Shown here piece by piece: positions 10,553-21,977 of a DNA stretch of 64,000 nt. The notes under the pieces were generated by a model. That model was not told where the DNA came from, made no database searches, and saw nothing but the letters and a program-made list of their open reading frames with translations. The translations under genes and the position numbers were made by a program. Position 1 is the stretch's first letter; each line of letters begins with the position of its first letter. This DNA comes from an uncultured candidatus Porisulfidus sp. (GTDB lineage Bacteria; Pseudomonadota; Gammaproteobacteria; Poriferisulfidales; Poriferisulfidaceae), in NCBI GenBank assembly GCA_965116025.1, contig OZ220480.1, positions 288,001 to 352,000 on the forward strand, in the 5' to 3' direction.

Positions 10553-13500
10553 TCAGAAACGGACCTTGAGCAGGACGCTCGCGCCATAGTCGTGATTGTC
10601 GCCGTCCGACGCCGCGTAGTGAGCGTCCGCCGATAGCGTCGACTCCCCCTGCGCGTCCAGCGCCATCACGCCTCCAACGCCAATCCGTGCCCACGTGGAC
10701 TCCACCTCCGAGCGCAGGCGCGACCCCGAAGCCGTCACGTCCCGGCTCTCTGACAGCTCGCGCTCCACGTCCAATGAGGCGTACGTCTCTCCGTTCTCCA
10801 ACAGTACCCCGACCCGCGCCCGCGCGCTGTCCTCCGAGCGGAACGACACCCGACCGCTACCCGTAACGCCCGAAACGTCGTCGAAGCCGTCGATGTCCAC
10901 CCATGTCCACGTCAATCCTCCGCGCGGGATCAGCGCGAAGCCGTCCATCTCCATGCGCCTGCCGACCTCCACGCCGATCGCGTGACCCTCTCCATCCAAC
11001 CCGGACGCCACCATCCCTCGAGTCTCCGAGCTCAAGTCGACATCCTCGAACCGCGTGTACGAGAGCTCCCCGTCCGCGTACCAGCCGTCCTCCCCCCGCC
11101 AAGTCGCCGAGACCCCGACGCCCACGCCCGAGACCTCGATCTTCCCGCCGCGCTCAACGTCCGCCTCGCCATCCCGATAATGCGCGCTCACCCCCAGCAT
11201 CAGCCCCGGCGCGTCCGTAGGAACGACGAAGCCCGTCTCCACGCCCCAGCGCTCGAAATCCCAAGACAGCGCGCGACCCGCATCGTCCATCTCGGTCGTG
11301 GACATATCCGCCTCCCGCTCGCCGTCGCTCGCCAACACCCGCGCCCACGCGCCCCCGCCGTCTCGCGTCGCCGACAAACGCGCCTGACGACCGCCCGGCG
11401 CGCTCATCTCCAGCAGCACCGACGGCAGCGCCTCGTACACCCGAGCCCGGGCGTGGTACGTCCGGCTGATCTCCTTCTCGGAGTCCACCTGGAACTGATG
11501 CCCGCCCGTGATTGACTTCAGCGTGACCATCCGCTCGAACACCGCGTCATACACCCCATGCGTCCCCGTCTTCCCCGACGTCGCCTTCACCGCGTCCCCC
11601 ACGGCTATCGTCTTCGCCATGCCGGCCGTCGACTCGCGCTGGAAGACGTTCGGCGTTTTATCGCCACTATTCAGGAATTTCCCCTTGACGAACGCGATCT
11701 GCCCATGCGCGTTCTCCTTCAGGGTGACATGCAGCGCCTTGTCCGCGCTCACCGCGATCCCCGACGTCGCGCTGATCTCCGCCTTCGGCCCGATCACCAG
11801 CGTCCCGCCGTTCACCATCCGAACGCCGGCGTGCTCGCCAGCGCCGCCCATCACCTTGCCGTTGATGGTGACCGTCTGGTCGTATTGCCCCTTCCGGGCG
11901 TGGTCGGACGCGAAGGTCCGCATGCCCTTGACATGCACCCCGTCCTTCTTGGCACGGATCGTCGCCATCTCGCCTACCGTGACGCTGATCTTCCCGGCCG
12001 TGGGCGCTTCCATTTCCGTGTAGGTGGTGGCGATCTCCGCGTGCACGCCATGCCCGTCCGCCGTGATCGTCCCGCCCGACACGTCGATCTTGATTGGAAT
12101 GATCGTAGCGTTGCCCGAATCGCTCAAATCTTTGACATAGGCGAGAATCCCGTCGCCCTTCGACGTGATGTCCGCCTTCGACGCGATCTTGATCTCCCCG
12201 ATCTTGGCGGTGTGGGTGGCAGGGTCGTTTCCGTCGAACGTCTTACCTTCAAGCGTCTGGATCTGCTGACCTCCATGCATGGCCAGAACGCCAGCGGTCC
12301 TGCCTTTCAAGTCCGCCAGCTGCGTCTGGTGATCCTCCACTAACTCATCAAAGATGTCGGGCGCGTCGCCCGCGATGATCTCGCCCTTCAGGTGCTCCAC
12401 GACCACGTCGCCCCAGCCGACATTCAAAGCGACCACCCCCGACCCCTTCGCGTGGATGAGACCCTCGTTGGTGATCCGGATGTCGACCTCGTCATTAGCG
12501 GAGCCAGTCTTGACGAACACGCCATGCTCACCGACCGGCGTCGCCGCGGTCCCGATCATCGCGCCGGACTCGAGGGTCACCCGGACCGCCCCCCCGTGGA
12601 TAGTGTGATTAATGAACACCCCGCGCCCGCCCACGGTCGGCGCGTCCCCGTCCATCCCGATCCGCGCCCCGGGCCTCAGCGTCACCTCCGTGTCCCTGTT
12701 GACGTCGCTGGAGCCGTCGTTGCTGGAAATACGGAATATATTGATCCCGTCGTCCCTGATCTCGCCCTCGCTGTTGCCCGTCTGGGCGATCTCGCCCGCG
12801 AGGTCCACCGTGACGATACCGCCAAAGTGGTAACGATGATCAACTTGAATCCCGTAACCCGATTCCGACTTTATCGCGCCTCCGGTCACCTTGATCGTGA
12901 CCGGAACCACCGAATCCTGGCTCGCGCTCTCGTCCCCTTTCGTTGTGATATTAATGCCATCCGATATGGCGTCGATGTCGCCGCTCGAGACGATGGCGAT
13001 CTCGCTGCTCGGAGACGCGGCGGTGCCTGTGGCGAAATCCTTGTGCAGCACCAAAATGCCTTGTTCGCTGGCGTAGTCTTGCTCAGCGATATCCCAAGAC
13101 TCGGCCACCTTGCTGCCCGCCTCGCCCGTGAGCGTCTTCGCGTACAGAGGCCGTTGCTCCAGGCTCCGGATCGTCCCATGGTTCGTGACGCGAACGTCGC
13201 CTCCCACTTCACTATTGTCATGATCGACGAGAATTCCCTTGCTGGTCACGCTGCCCTCCGCCGTCTCGACGGCGATGTCTCCAGACCCTTCATGAAGCAC
13301 CCAGATGCCCGTGTAGTACCCGTGAACCTCGCCCCGGTTCACGATGGACACGTCGCCCTCGGCGGTGGAGCTGCTGTAATACGCCAGAATGCCATTGCGC
13401 CCTATCGGAACCTCCTCGCTCCCAACCTTCGCGTCCGCCCCGATCACGATCTCGATCTTGTCCTCTCTGTTGGAGTCGCCGGCTTGATCGCCTTGGACCC

Positions 13501-14046
13501 ATATCCCGTAGTTTCTGCTGCCAAACCGATACTGGGGGTCGATGAAGGTCGCGGTTCCCGTCGTTCCATCTCTATCGGTGAATGTGGCTTCGGTGGGCGA
13601 AGTCCAGCCACCGGCCTCGTTCACGATCCTCACCTTGCCTTCCAGCTTGACCGCCAGCGTTCCGCGGCCGACCACTTTGATCCCGTTATATCGGGTGTCG
13701 TCGTCAGGGGGAAGGAACGACTTGATGGTCGTCATCTCCCCGGAAGGCTTCACGGTCAGCGTCAAGCCCCCCGTCTGACCCGTGTACTCGATGGGATTGG
13801 GAGCGGCGCTGGTGCCGCCGTAGGTCGCGGCGGCGCAGGTGACCGTTTTGGCAGCGCTGACCGCGCCGCACTCGTCCGCCTCGGCGGAATGCGGAATCAG
13901 CGGAATGGAGAGAACGGCCGTCAATCCGGCCAGAACGGTCAGGAAACGAGGGCTATACCCCCCCCCCCCCCCCCTATGCGGGAAGACGACGAAGCGCCGC
14001 GGAGCGCGGCGCGAGCGGCGTTGGAAATGATTGAAATCTTCTTCAT
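10553..14046 (-). CDS. Autotransporter (type Va) adhesin-like protein, out of frame at a poly-G tract in its 5' end
   Basis: Long ORF 10553..13924 with Gly/Ile/Thr-rich beta-helix-like passenger, C-terminal beta-barrel and terminal Phe (...LLKVRF). Upstream ATG 14046 (MKKISII...) joins this frame only if the G tract is 15 or 18 nt. Confidence 0.85.
13958..13974 (-). repeat. Homopolymer G17 (C17 on + strand), candidate phase-variation switch
   Basis: 17 consecutive C counted at 13958-13974, within the predicted signal-peptide coding region. Confidence 0.9.
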
Positions 14047-14655
14047 CTTGGGTTCCTGAGCGAATTTGAATCTGGAAAAACCTAGCGCGATTATAACAGC
14101 CCGATATCGCGGAAGATCGTCATGGCCATGCCCTGAGGAATCACTGATCGAAGACCCTGAGATCGCTATGCTGGCGGCTTGTTCTCGAATATCGCTTGGG
14201 CATGAGAGTCCACATCGACCGGATCAGAGCAAGGAGACCGTCTCGATAAAAAACTCCCGGTTCCGCTATCATCTCCTTGCGGAAGAGACATGTCGCCATC
14301 ACCCACTGGCAGTTGACGCGTTTCGGCGATTCAACCGGAGGAAGGAAAAGAGCGTCAGATGGACGAAGCGCGGCGCGCGCGACTCCGATCAAGCCGCGCT
14401 GATGGGCGATCTCATCACGGAACGCGCCTGGCAAAATTCTCCCGATGAGAGGCGGACGACCTTTTCATGGCGGGAAAGACTCGAAGTTGGAGCGGTTCGG
14501 TTTCGACGGCGGAATTTCCGCTATGTCCGAAGGCATCATGTCTCTACCCACCGACCCAGTGGATCGCATATCAGAGTCAAATTGACGCGCGCGCGCTCCG
14601 CTTGGAGGACTCGAGAACGGTACGGATATCCTCCCACCCGCGCGAGCGACCGATC

Positions 14656-15810
14656 TCACGGTCGAGATCGAGTCCCCTCCGGCAGGAACAGTTCGCAGAG
14701 ATCGTCCAGATAGCGCCACCCTCGTGCGCTAGCGCGCACCCCCCGCGACGATTCGGCAATCAAGCCCAAGGCGCGCGCCTTGGTCAAAATTCCAGAAAGC
14801 GTTTTCCGAGATTGGCCGGTCCGGGCCTCGAACAAGGTCCATGCGACTCCCGCCTTCAAGCGCAACGCCCCCAGCATGAACTCGAATATCCGGTCCTCGG
14901 TTCCCCGGGGCCGCCGCTCTATCTCGGTCTCCCCCACCTCCGCCGCGGCCATCCAGTCTTCCGGGCTAGACGCCTGCACCGTTCGAAACACCGCCCCCGA
15001 CGCGTCCGTCAGCTTGCCATGCGCGCCCGCTCCCACGCCCAAGTAATCTCCGTATTCCCAGTAGTTCACGTTGTGCCGACAAACGGCATCGTCCCGGCAC
15101 CAAGCGGAAACCTCGTATCGCGCGTAGCCCGCGCGCTCCAGCGTCTCGGCGCCTTCCTCCTGCATTTCCCACAACGCGCCTTCGCTCGGAAGCGGGGGCG
15201 GCTTGCGCGAGAACGGCGTGCCCGGCTCCAGCGTCAATTGATACCACGACAGATGCTCCGGCCCGAGCTCCAGCGCCCGCTCAAGGTCGGCGCGCGCATG
15301 CTCCGCCCGTTGCCCAGGCAAGCCGTACATCAGGTCCAGGTTGACGCTTGAGAAGCCCGCCCGCCTGGCGAACTCGAAAGCGACGCGAACGTCCTCTCCT
15401 CCGTGCGCTCGACCGATCCGGCGCAAGTGACGATCATCGAAACTCTGCGCCCCTATCGACAAGCGATTGACGCCCGCTTCCCGATATCCCGCGAAACTCT
15501 CCCGATCCGCGGATTGCGGGTTGGCTTCCAAGGTGACCTCCAAGGAAGGGGCGCGGTCGAATTCCGCACGGACCGCGTCCAGCGCGCTCCAAATGGACGT
15601 CGAAGAGAAACGGCTGGGCGTGCCGCCTCCGAAGAACACGCTCTGGATGGCTCGACCCGAGACTTCGCGCGCCACCCGCCCGAATTCGCGCGACAGACAT
15701 TCCACATAGCGCGCCTCATCGAAAGACTTGGCCGCATGCGCGTTGAAATCGCAATACGGGCAACGCGAGACGCACCAAGGGAGGTGCGCGTACAGCGACA
15801 GCGGAATCAC
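14656..15810 (-). CDS. hemW: Radical SAM heme chaperone HemW (YggW)
   Basis: HLPWCVSRCPYCDFN, FFGGGTPS, HNVNYW; coupled to rdgB. Confidence 0.93.
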   Translation of the reverse strand: MIPLSLYAHLPWCVSRCPYCDFNAHAAKSFDEARYVECLSREFGRVAREVSGRAIQSVFFGGGTPSRFSSTSIWSALDAVRAEFDRAPSLEVTLEANPQSADRESFAGYREAGVNRLSIGAQSFDDRHLRRIGRAHGGEDVRVAFEFARRAGFSSVNLDLMYGLPGQRAEHARADLERALELGPEHLSWYQLTLEPGTPFSRKPPPLPSEGALWEMQEEGAETLERAGYARYEVSAWCRDDAVCRHNVNYWEYGDYLGVGAGAHGKLTDASGAVFRTVQASSPEDWMAAAEVGETEIERRPRGTEDRIFEFMLGALRLKAGVAWTLFEARTGQSRKTLSGILTKARALGLIAESSRGVRASARGWRYLDDLCELFLPEGTRSRP

Positions 15811-16400
15811 GCTCCGGCTTTCAGCATCTCGACCAAGGCGCGTAGAGCGACGCCACGGTGGCTGATGGCGTTCTTGACGTCTGGATCCAACTCGGCCGAG
15901 GAGCGGCCATGCGTCGGCACGTAAAACAAGGGGTCGTAGCCAAAACCCTTCTTTCCTCTCGGCGCGTCGAGAATTCTTCCTTCCCAGACTCCTTGGGCGA
16001 TCAACGGATCCGGATCATCCTCGGCGCGCGCCAAAGCGATGACGCACCGGTAGCGCGCCCCGCGCCGTTCTTCCGGCACCCCCTGAAGCTCCCGCAATAA
16101 GAGTCGGTTATTGGCCTCATCGTCGCGCCGCGGTCCCGCGTAACGGGCCGAACGCACGCCCGGCCGACCATCCAGCGCGTCCACCTCGATTCCCGAGTCG
16201 TCCGCCAGCGCGGCCATGCCGGCATGGGCGGCCGCATGGCGCGCCTTGAGCAACGCGTTCTCCTCGAACGTCGTTCCCGTCTCCTCCGCTTCCACGATCT
16301 CGAGAGAACCTTGCGTCACCAAGTTCCATCCCATGGGGCGGAGCACGGCGTCCAGTTCGCGTAGCTTTCCCGGATTGTTGCTAGCCAGCACGATCTTCAT
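15807..16400 (-). CDS. rdgB: Non-canonical purine NTP pyrophosphatase
   Basis: [27 protein letters not shown] motifs. Confidence 0.97.
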   Translation of the reverse strand: MKIVLASNNPGKLRELDAVLRPMGWNLVTQGSLEIVEAEETGTTFEENALLKARHAAAHAGMAALADDSGIEVDALDGRPGVRSARYAGPRRDDEANNRLLLRELQGVPEERRGARYRCVIALARAEDDPDPLIAQGVWEGRILDAPRGKKGFGYDPLFYVPTHGRSSAELDPDVKNAISHRGVALRALVEMLKAGA

Positions 16401-17119
16401 TTCGCGCGAATCCGCCTCTGCTGCTCCATGATTCGCCGAATCCCGTCCTCCGCGAGATCCAGCATCGCGTCCAGCTCCTTCCGCTGAAACGCATGCCCTT
16501 CCGCCGTGCCTTGAATCTCAATGATCGAGCCCGCGTCGTTCATCACCACGTTCATGTCCGTCTCCGCCGTGGAATCTTCCGCGTAATCCAGGTCCAGCCG
16601 AGCCTCTCCATCGACGATCCCCACGGAAATCGCCGCGATTCGCCCGTGCACCGGGTCGGCCCGCAGAGCTTTTCTCTCAAGCAAGGCGTCTACCGCGTCC
16701 TGCAGCGCCAAGAACGCGCCATTGATCGCGGCCGTGCGGGTTCCGCCGTCCGCCTGGAGCACGTCGCAGTCCAGAGTCAGGGTATTCTCTCCCAGCGCCT
16801 CCAAATCCAGACTAGCGCGCAAGGCGCGACCGATCAGGCGCTGAATCTCCATGGTGCGGCCAACCTGCCCGCCAAAGCGGGCCTCGCGCCGGGTGCGCTC
16901 GTTGGTGGCCCTGGGTAGCATGCCATATTCCGCGGTCACCCAGCCACTTCTCTTAGCCTTGAGCCAGCGCGGCGTGCCCGGCTCGAACGTCGCGGTGCAC
17001 AACACCCGGGTGTTTCCTTGCTCGCACAAAACCGAACCTTCGGCGTGCTGGACGAAACCGCGCTGGTAGTGAATCGAGCGCAACTCATCCGGGGCGCGAC
17101 CGCTGGGACGTTCAGGCAT
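16397..17119 (-). CDS. rph: Ribonuclease PH
   Basis: [33 protein letters not shown]. Confidence 0.98.
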   Translation of the reverse strand: MPERPSGRAPDELRSIHYQRGFVQHAEGSVLCEQGNTRVLCTATFEPGTPRWLKAKRSGWVTAEYGMLPRATNERTRREARFGGQVGRTMEIQRLIGRALRASLDLEALGENTLTLDCDVLQADGGTRTAAINGAFLALQDAVDALLERKALRADPVHGRIAAISVGIVDGEARLDLDYAEDSTAETDMNVVMNDAGSIIEIQGTAEGHAFQRKELDAMLDLAEDGIRRIMEQQRRIRAK

Positions 17120-17300
17120 GGGGGAGGGAGAAATTCAAAACTGCCAAAGGTTCAGGCAAAGCCGAATCAGCCCTGTCTATCCGGGCTGGTCGTCATAGAG
17201 ATTATAAAGAAGAGGCTGAATCGTACGAGGAGCTACCGAGACCCCGGATCTTGAGATTCATTTGGTCTTTCTACTCTACACCTCATCTAGAATAGAGGCA

Positions 17301-18677
17301 TCAATGGATTACAGTAGCTATGAATTTTTGGCTAGAGAAATCAATCTTTACAAATGTACCGGCTTCGATCCCGGCTACAGCAAAAACACCGTTCAAGCCC
17401 TTGACCATGTTTGCTGTTACTTCAATCTTTCCTAGCTGGTTTCCTGCTTGATCTTTCAGTGACCAATGCCCTGGCATCACAAAATTTTCGTCAATTCGGT
17501 GAGTGCCCATTACCAGATGTCGATGAGCAACTTCCAGTTCTACCAAGCATTCATGCATCTCCAGATCTCCGTAATCTTTCGTTGGCACCATCAACGAAAA
17601 CTCCTGCAGTTGATCTTTGTTAGCAATGAATCTGTATTTACCTCGTGACATTGTCACCCAAAGAGGTGTTACGGATACCAGCATTTCTGCGTGGCCTCCA
17701 GATACATCTTTTTGCACTAGAGCTTCACGCAGTTCAAGAAATGTCGCCACAGTCCCTACATCTTTGGCGACACTGATCATTAATCTATCAGTCTTACTTA
17801 GATCATCTGGTTTGAACCCTCTGCCTCGCGATACCATCCCTTCCTGAACATTAACGTCATCAATCGCGCAGAGCATGCTCATCAACGTTTCAGAGGATGG
17901 ATAATCCGTTATCGTCCTCGCTCGTTTGACGGCCTTCATCAATCTACCAAATGGAACTTCAGGCGTAACGGTCAGGATCTTGCGGCATACATTGATGATC
18001 TTGTTCCATCCACGGCCAGCACGCCCCAAACTCCAGTAAACCAAGTGACTGCCATCTAACCAGTCCAATGTTGGAACTTTACTCACTCCGAGCGCCACAA
18101 TCTCAGGCGCGAAATCAGCAGCTACCTGCTTCGCATTTTTGATCGTGTCTAGTGGTACGAAATCTCGCCGATCTGCCTCTTTGTCCATAAAGGTCCACAA
18201 TGTCTCCATCGTATTGGCTCTGTCAAGTGGAAGAAGATAGGGTTCTTTTCCAATTGGTCTGCATGCCAAATTCCATTCAACTTGGAATGCCTTCATTGCC
18301 TTGGTGAAAGCTTCAAATTTCATGCCATACCGCGACAATTGATTCCGCTCAAGCACATTTTGGACGTTCGTGGCAACCATCGGAGCACTTTCCTCAATCA
18401 AGGAAACCGCGCGTTCAAGTATTGGCATAGACTGCACCCTCTCATGGATTTTTGATAATGCTGTCCGCTCAATTTGGCGTATCCTCTCCCTGCTGACAGG
18501 AGACTTTCGTCCTGAAGAACTGGGATTATTGCCCAATTCTCTCAACGTCAAAATTTCACCGCCGTCCCAGCCAGTGCGTCTCACGACGATCAAGTACTCG
18601 CTATGATCGACCGCCATTTCCACAGCGGCACATAATTCATCCTCCAAAAACTCAAATGGCTCGACAGATGTCTTCAT
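17301..18677 (-). CDS. Hypothetical protein with N-terminal sigma70 region-4-like HTH
   Basis: TLRELG...VSRERIRQIE..AL.KI resembles the sigma70 r4.2 helix-turn-helix; no region 2 visible; lower-GC DNA. Confidence 0.7.
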   Translation of the reverse strand: MKTSVEPFEFLEDELCAAVEMAVDHSEYLIVVRRTGWDGGEILTLRELGNNPSSSGRKSPVSRERIRQIERTALSKIHERVQSMPILERAVSLIEESAPMVATNVQNVLERNQLSRYGMKFEAFTKAMKAFQVEWNLACRPIGKEPYLLPLDRANTMETLWTFMDKEADRRDFVPLDTIKNAKQVAADFAPEIVALGVSKVPTLDWLDGSHLVYWSLGRAGRGWNKIINVCRKILTVTPEVPFGRLMKAVKRARTITDYPSSETLMSMLCAIDDVNVQEGMVSRGRGFKPDDLSKTDRLMISVAKDVGTVATFLELREALVQKDVSGGHAEMLVSVTPLWVTMSRGKYRFIANKDQLQEFSLMVPTKDYGDLEMHECLVELEVAHRHLVMGTHRIDENFVMPGHWSLKDQAGNQLGKIEVTANMVKGLNGVFAVAGIEAGTFVKIDFSSQKFIATVIH

Positions 18678-18975
18678 TCGGTCTAGTCGTGTCGTGTTCC
18701 TAACTCAAGAAGAGCAAGTTCATTTTTCCAGGCGATTCAAAATCCCCTAGTAATACCCAAAAAACCTAAAATCCGACCAAGACTTTCCCAGATTGATTCC
18801 CAAGCGCACCATCTGTCAGCCGTGGCAACACTTCTCTGTGACGGAATGATAACAGGAGCCGAAGATTTTTTCAGAAACATGTCTTCCTGTAATGATCATG
18901 AAACAGTATGCGATCTATCAGTTTCGATTAGTTCATGGATTTTGGTGATCAATACTCCAATGGCTTCCGTTTCGA

Positions 18976-20310
18976 TTAGATGGAAGACAACGCGGCAAGC
19001 CCTACCACGTAACTCAGTTGTGGCGGAACCGCGTCACCTATAAGATGGGCCAACTGCTGGCGCGGAATACCATCCGCTCTGCGTCCAGAGAACCGGAAAT
19101 CATCGGGGAAGCCCTGGAGACGCGCTCCCTCGTGGGGCGTCAGCCCTCTAGCGCGAGTTGGATGCGTGAACCGCCCTCTACCAGGTGAAAGGAACCCCGT
19201 AGTTATTGTTTGAGAGGGTTGATCTGCATGAATTCGACCATAGATAGCTCCATAGGTGTGATTCCCGTCCTGATGGCAGGGGGGTCGCTCCTCGTCCGGA
19301 AGCTCCCACACATCATTTTCGATCAGGTACTTCACCCGGCGCTCATTCTCGGGAGATAATCGCGACGGCAAATCGAAATCCTCAGGTGATTCCCTATCGA
19401 CGAGATCTCCAAGTGCATCCATGGCCGACAACGGCTCACAGGTAAGCTCCTTGAAGCCCATCGTGAAGTCAAAAGGACGACTCTTTGCGGCTATCAAAAA
19501 ATGCCTTCGTCTCTTTTGTGGCGTTCCAAAGGACGACGCATCAAGCACACCCTCCCCGTTCTCAATCTTGTAACCAGCCGAGATGAGCAACTTCATCGCA
19601 CGTTCAACTACTTTTTGTCGAGCCCTCCTCACGGCAACTACGTTTTCGATAATCACGACCCTTGCATCAAGTGCTATCGCGCAAGCGACCGTTGCTACAT
19701 AAAGCTCGTTACGTGAATCCGTGCGCCGGCTCCTGTTATTGAAGTTCGAATTGCCTTCGCACGGAGGACCAGCAATAGCCATGTCCACCTTTCCTTTCAG
19801 TGAAAGAAAAATATGGTTCGTGGTCTCTATCTGTTGATATGAAACGTTGGGCCCGACCCTCATCTCCTTCCGGTAGGTAACTAAGTTTGCTATGTTCTCG
19901 CTCAACGCTCTGAGGGGACGAAGATTGTTGCTGTAAACATTGATCGCATCAGGAAGTACGTCCACGCAAAGCTGGAAAACCGGTCTCACACCGACTGCTT
20001 CGCACGCCCAGCGCACTCCCGTGGCGAAACCACCACATCCAGAACAAAGATCGACAATATTCAATTCCGGCCGTTGAGGGTTTGATTCAACCCTAGGTAC
20101 GGCTCCTCGCAAGCGGGCACTCCACCAAAGCCTCCTTAAGTCCAAATCACTGGAAGCCTGCACCGTCTCCGGTGGAAATTCCATTTCCGACACACCGAAG
20201 AAAGAGCCAGCCCTAGTCTCCCGAACGAGTCTGCCTTTACCAAAATGAAACGTCTCGGTTGGTGCAGTCAACCGACCTTTGCCACGTTTCTCTCGCCCCA
20301 GCTTCCTCAT
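18976..20310 (-). CDS. DNA (cytosine-5) methyltransferase
   Basis: Motif I DLCSGCGG, IV GPPC, VI ENV, VIII PQKRRR, IX ARLQGFPD, X GDAV. ATG 20310 overlaps the upstream stop (ATGA). Confidence 0.93.
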   Translation of the reverse strand: MRKLGREKRGKGRLTAPTETFHFGKGRLVRETRAGSFFGVSEMEFPPETVQASSDLDLRRLWWSARLRGAVPRVESNPQRPELNIVDLCSGCGGFATGVRWACEAVGVRPVFQLCVDVLPDAINVYSNNLRPLRALSENIANLVTYRKEMRVGPNVSYQQIETTNHIFLSLKGKVDMAIAGPPCEGNSNFNNRSRRTDSRNELYVATVACAIALDARVVIIENVVAVRRARQKVVERAMKLLISAGYKIENGEGVLDASSFGTPQKRRRHFLIAAKSRPFDFTMGFKELTCEPLSAMDALGDLVDRESPEDFDLPSRLSPENERRVKYLIENDVWELPDEERPPCHQDGNHTYGAIYGRIHADQPSQTITTGFLSPGRGRFTHPTRARGLTPHEGARLQGFPDDFRFSGRRADGIPRQQLAHLIGDAVPPQLSYVVGLAALSSI

Positions 20311-21038
20311 TCGACTGGACCCCAAGCACCGCGTTGCTCCCAAATGTCGCTAATAAGCTGCAAGCTTTCGGAGTCATCAAGTAATTCGAAAGCCATCGAT
20401 GCATTTCGTCTAGTCACTTCCTTGGCTAATTCCCGATACTGCTCACGGCGAAGTAATTGCTCTCCCTCTTCCGGAAATACAAACCGTATGAAGGCTCGAG
20501 CCAATTGCGGAACGCTTCCGAAATCGATTCTCACGATATGAGATTGCCAAATATCAACATCTCCCCGACGAGACAATTCGTACGGATCTTCCAACGTGGA
20601 ATCGAAAACTGCCTGTGCGCATAACCACAAGTAAGCATACATCCCCGCCTTCATCTGTCTCAATCCGAAATACTGCTCCCGCGCATGCCCTGTTTCTTGA
20701 GCTGGATAACGCCAATCAACGAGTTGCCCGAGATCGCCATCTAACGAAAACGTCAGCCAGCGCCAGAATCCCGCATCGCCAGCAATGATCGAAGGCAACT
20801 CAAGACGCTGATGTACCAACGACGCTGCCTGTCGTTCGAACGAATAGCCTGGTTTGCCAAGCTCATGAGCCAACTCCCACAGAACATTGGACAGGGCAAC
20901 TGATCTGGCTTTGTCGAAATCTGCTCCACTTGCTTGCACCGTTGCCTCTTGGACAATGGATTCGATCTCCTGCTCATCCAAGTATGCAGCGAATGCGCGA
21001 CGAGCCGCCTCCTCTGACAGGGTCGGATAAGACGACAC
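20307..21038 (-). CDS. Hypothetical protein, DUF6339-like
   Basis: 243-aa ORF with FWRWLT, DWRY and LWL motifs recalled from DUF6339 proteins next to C5 methylases; family assignment tentative. Confidence 0.55.
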   Translation of the reverse strand: MSSYPTLSEEAARRAFAAYLDEQEIESIVQEATVQASGADFDKARSVALSNVLWELAHELGKPGYSFERQAASLVHQRLELPSIIAGDAGFWRWLTFSLDGDLGQLVDWRYPAQETGHAREQYFGLRQMKAGMYAYLWLCAQAVFDSTLEDPYELSRRGDVDIWQSHIVRIDFGSVPQLARAFIRFVFPEEGEQLLRREQYRELAKEVTRRNASMAFELLDDSESLQLISDIWEQRGAWGPVE

Positions 21039-21050
21039 CGTGACTTTTCC

Positions 21051-21977
21051 CTATAGTTTGGCGAAGGAATGGTTGAGACCAACGTGATGTTGAGCCCATG
21101 CGTGGATTATTCCTATGAAATTTGGTCGCTCCATCAGTGCCAAAATTTCTTCATCGCTTAGTCTCGAAGAGGCCGACAACCATTCAAACATGACCCTCCT
21201 CAGTCCAGTTTCCTCAATGGGCTTCTCACCTTTATCGATCGCCCTTATAGCCAGCTCAGAGAAAATCGCCGCAGCCATTTCGTAGAGAATTAGATCTGAT
21301 ATTTCTCCGTCGTTCTCTAGAATTTGAAATGCTTCCCTAAGATTTTCGTTCAATAGAATTTCGACAGTGTCAGCAGGAGTACGCTCCAGATCCTCCCCCA
21401 ACCAATTAATAGTCCACACGGTACCCCGAGACATTCCAAGTTCTTCGAATTTCTCAGGAGACACCCAACGGGCCGGAATCTTTGAGGACTGGGCCATGGC
21501 GCGTATCTTGAAAGTACGGCGAGCTACGACATCTGCTTTGTGAAACGCGATACCGGACCCCCGTCTCGCAGTCTCCATGGGTGTCACTACCACGCTGATG
21601 TCCACCCGCTCAGACTGCGAAAAATCCGACCACGCGGCGGTCAGTTCGACAGGCTCATCAGGTAGTGCTTGAGCCTCACACTGATACACTCTTGCAAATC
21701 GATTTAGGTCTCGGTCACGGATTACCACAGACACGATTATTTCATTGGAATCCAAACCCGTGGCACTTGCGAGTTCGTCCAGATCGGCCTCAATTCGAAG
21801 CGCCGGCTGGAAGTTCGTCCAGAAATCCAACGTCGTAATTACTCGCGTGTCCGAATAGTCGAAAGATTCAGAAGGACCAAGCCGAAGCGCACAGGATTTT
21901 AGTCCTCCGCTAGACATCCTGAAGGGATTGATGAACTCGGTCTCATTCGCACTCCAAGAAATTTTTGCCCGGCTCAT
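21051..21977 (-). CDS. Hypothetical protein
   Basis: 308-aa ORF, ATG overlaps the ATPase stop (ATGA); no recognisable motif. Confidence 0.8.
   Translation of the reverse strand: MSRAKISWSANETEFINPFRMSSGGLKSCALRLGPSESFDYSDTRVITTLDFWTNFQPALRIEADLDELASATGLDSNEIIVSVVIRDRDLNRFARVYQCEAQALPDEPVELTAAWSDFSQSERVDISVVVTPMETARRGSGIAFHKADVVARRTFKIRAMAQSSKIPARWVSPEKFEELGMSRGTVWTINWLGEDLERTPADTVEILLNENLREAFQILENDGEISDLILYEMAAAIFSELAIRAIDKGEKPIEETGLRRVMFEWLSASSRLSDEEILALMERPNFIGIIHAWAQHHVGLNHSFAKL

Noticed and set aside
14066-14713. 215-aa and 97-aa ORFs between the autotransporter and hemW
   Set aside because: No motifs and Arg/Ser-rich composition; not supportable as genes.
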